Assembly (NCBI GenBank): GCA_004022145.1
Contig: RCNU01000002.1
Reading direction: 5' to 3' (one strand)
DNA: 64,000 nucleotides
From: Paecilomyces variotii
Lineage: Eukaryota
The notes under the pieces were generated by a model. The model made no database searches and was not told the origin of the DNA. It saw only the letters and a program-made list of their open reading frames with translations. Below are positions 63,644 through 64,000 of the stretch, piece by piece (position 1 is the first letter of the stretch; each line of letters opens with the position of its first letter). The position numbers were made by a program, and so were the translations under genes.

Positions 63644-64000
63644 GATATAAAATAGGGACCAGCGGGACGAGACAAGAGTCGAGTTTGGGGGTTCAAATGT
63701 TATGTGGAATATATATTGGGGGCTATTTCACCCCATTGAAGGTTTCAGCCGTTTTTGAAGTTCTTAGGTTTCTTTTGTGAGTGTGCTGTTTGATGCAAGG
63801 ACCTTGCTGTACAGATACAGATCTAGCGAGATATACCTCTTTGCATCTGGAGAAGATAGGCGAATGAAGAATTCAATTTACCAGTATTATAGATTATTAT
63901 CATGTCTTATCGATTTTATAGAGAGGGGGGAATAGTAGTAAGAGAGAAAGCATATCTGACTTCATTCCGTGCTAATCACGTGACCGTCATCGAACTATAT

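Noticed and set aside
1..64000. tRNA genes, CRISPR arrays, TPP riboswitch, intronic snoRNAs
   Set aside because: No convincing match by eye; tRNAscan-SE/Infernal would be needed to exclude small RNAs formally.

Overview
Filamentous-ascomycete (Eurotiales-like, Aspergillus/Penicillium-type) genomic DNA with short spliceosomal introns. It has four parts. (1) 1-~20,000 is an accessory block. It holds a PNP_UDP-NB-ARC fungal NLR running off the left edge, an intact dispersed 5S rRNA gene, a truncated Nudix (YJR142W-like) gene, an HNH-domain relic and TpA-rich degraded DNA. It also holds a solitary ~12.3-kb NRPS with odd, partly degenerate architecture: A-T*-C*-A-C*-A-T-C-C-A(truncated). (2) ~20,800-44,500 is a core-gene block: ATP5/OSCP, a GH63-like YMR196W homologue, a small coiled-coil protein, a bromodomain protein, DPH1, HMG-CoA lyase, SDHAF4, ARG8, an HSL-like lipase and BTN1. 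(3) ~44,800-54,000 is a second accessory patch: a TA-flanked MITE with a perfect central hairpin, a duplicated unannotated Cys-rich coding module, a split HNH pseudogene, an Aim6-like protein with a degenerate active-site motif and a metallophosphoesterase. (4) ~56,300-63,700 holds RXT3 and a dual-targeted carnitine acetyltransferase. All calls come from manual translation and motif recognition; no database searches were run. I cannot demonstrate a new biological system. The best leads are the atypical NRPS, the NLR-centred island and the duplicated Cys-rich module.
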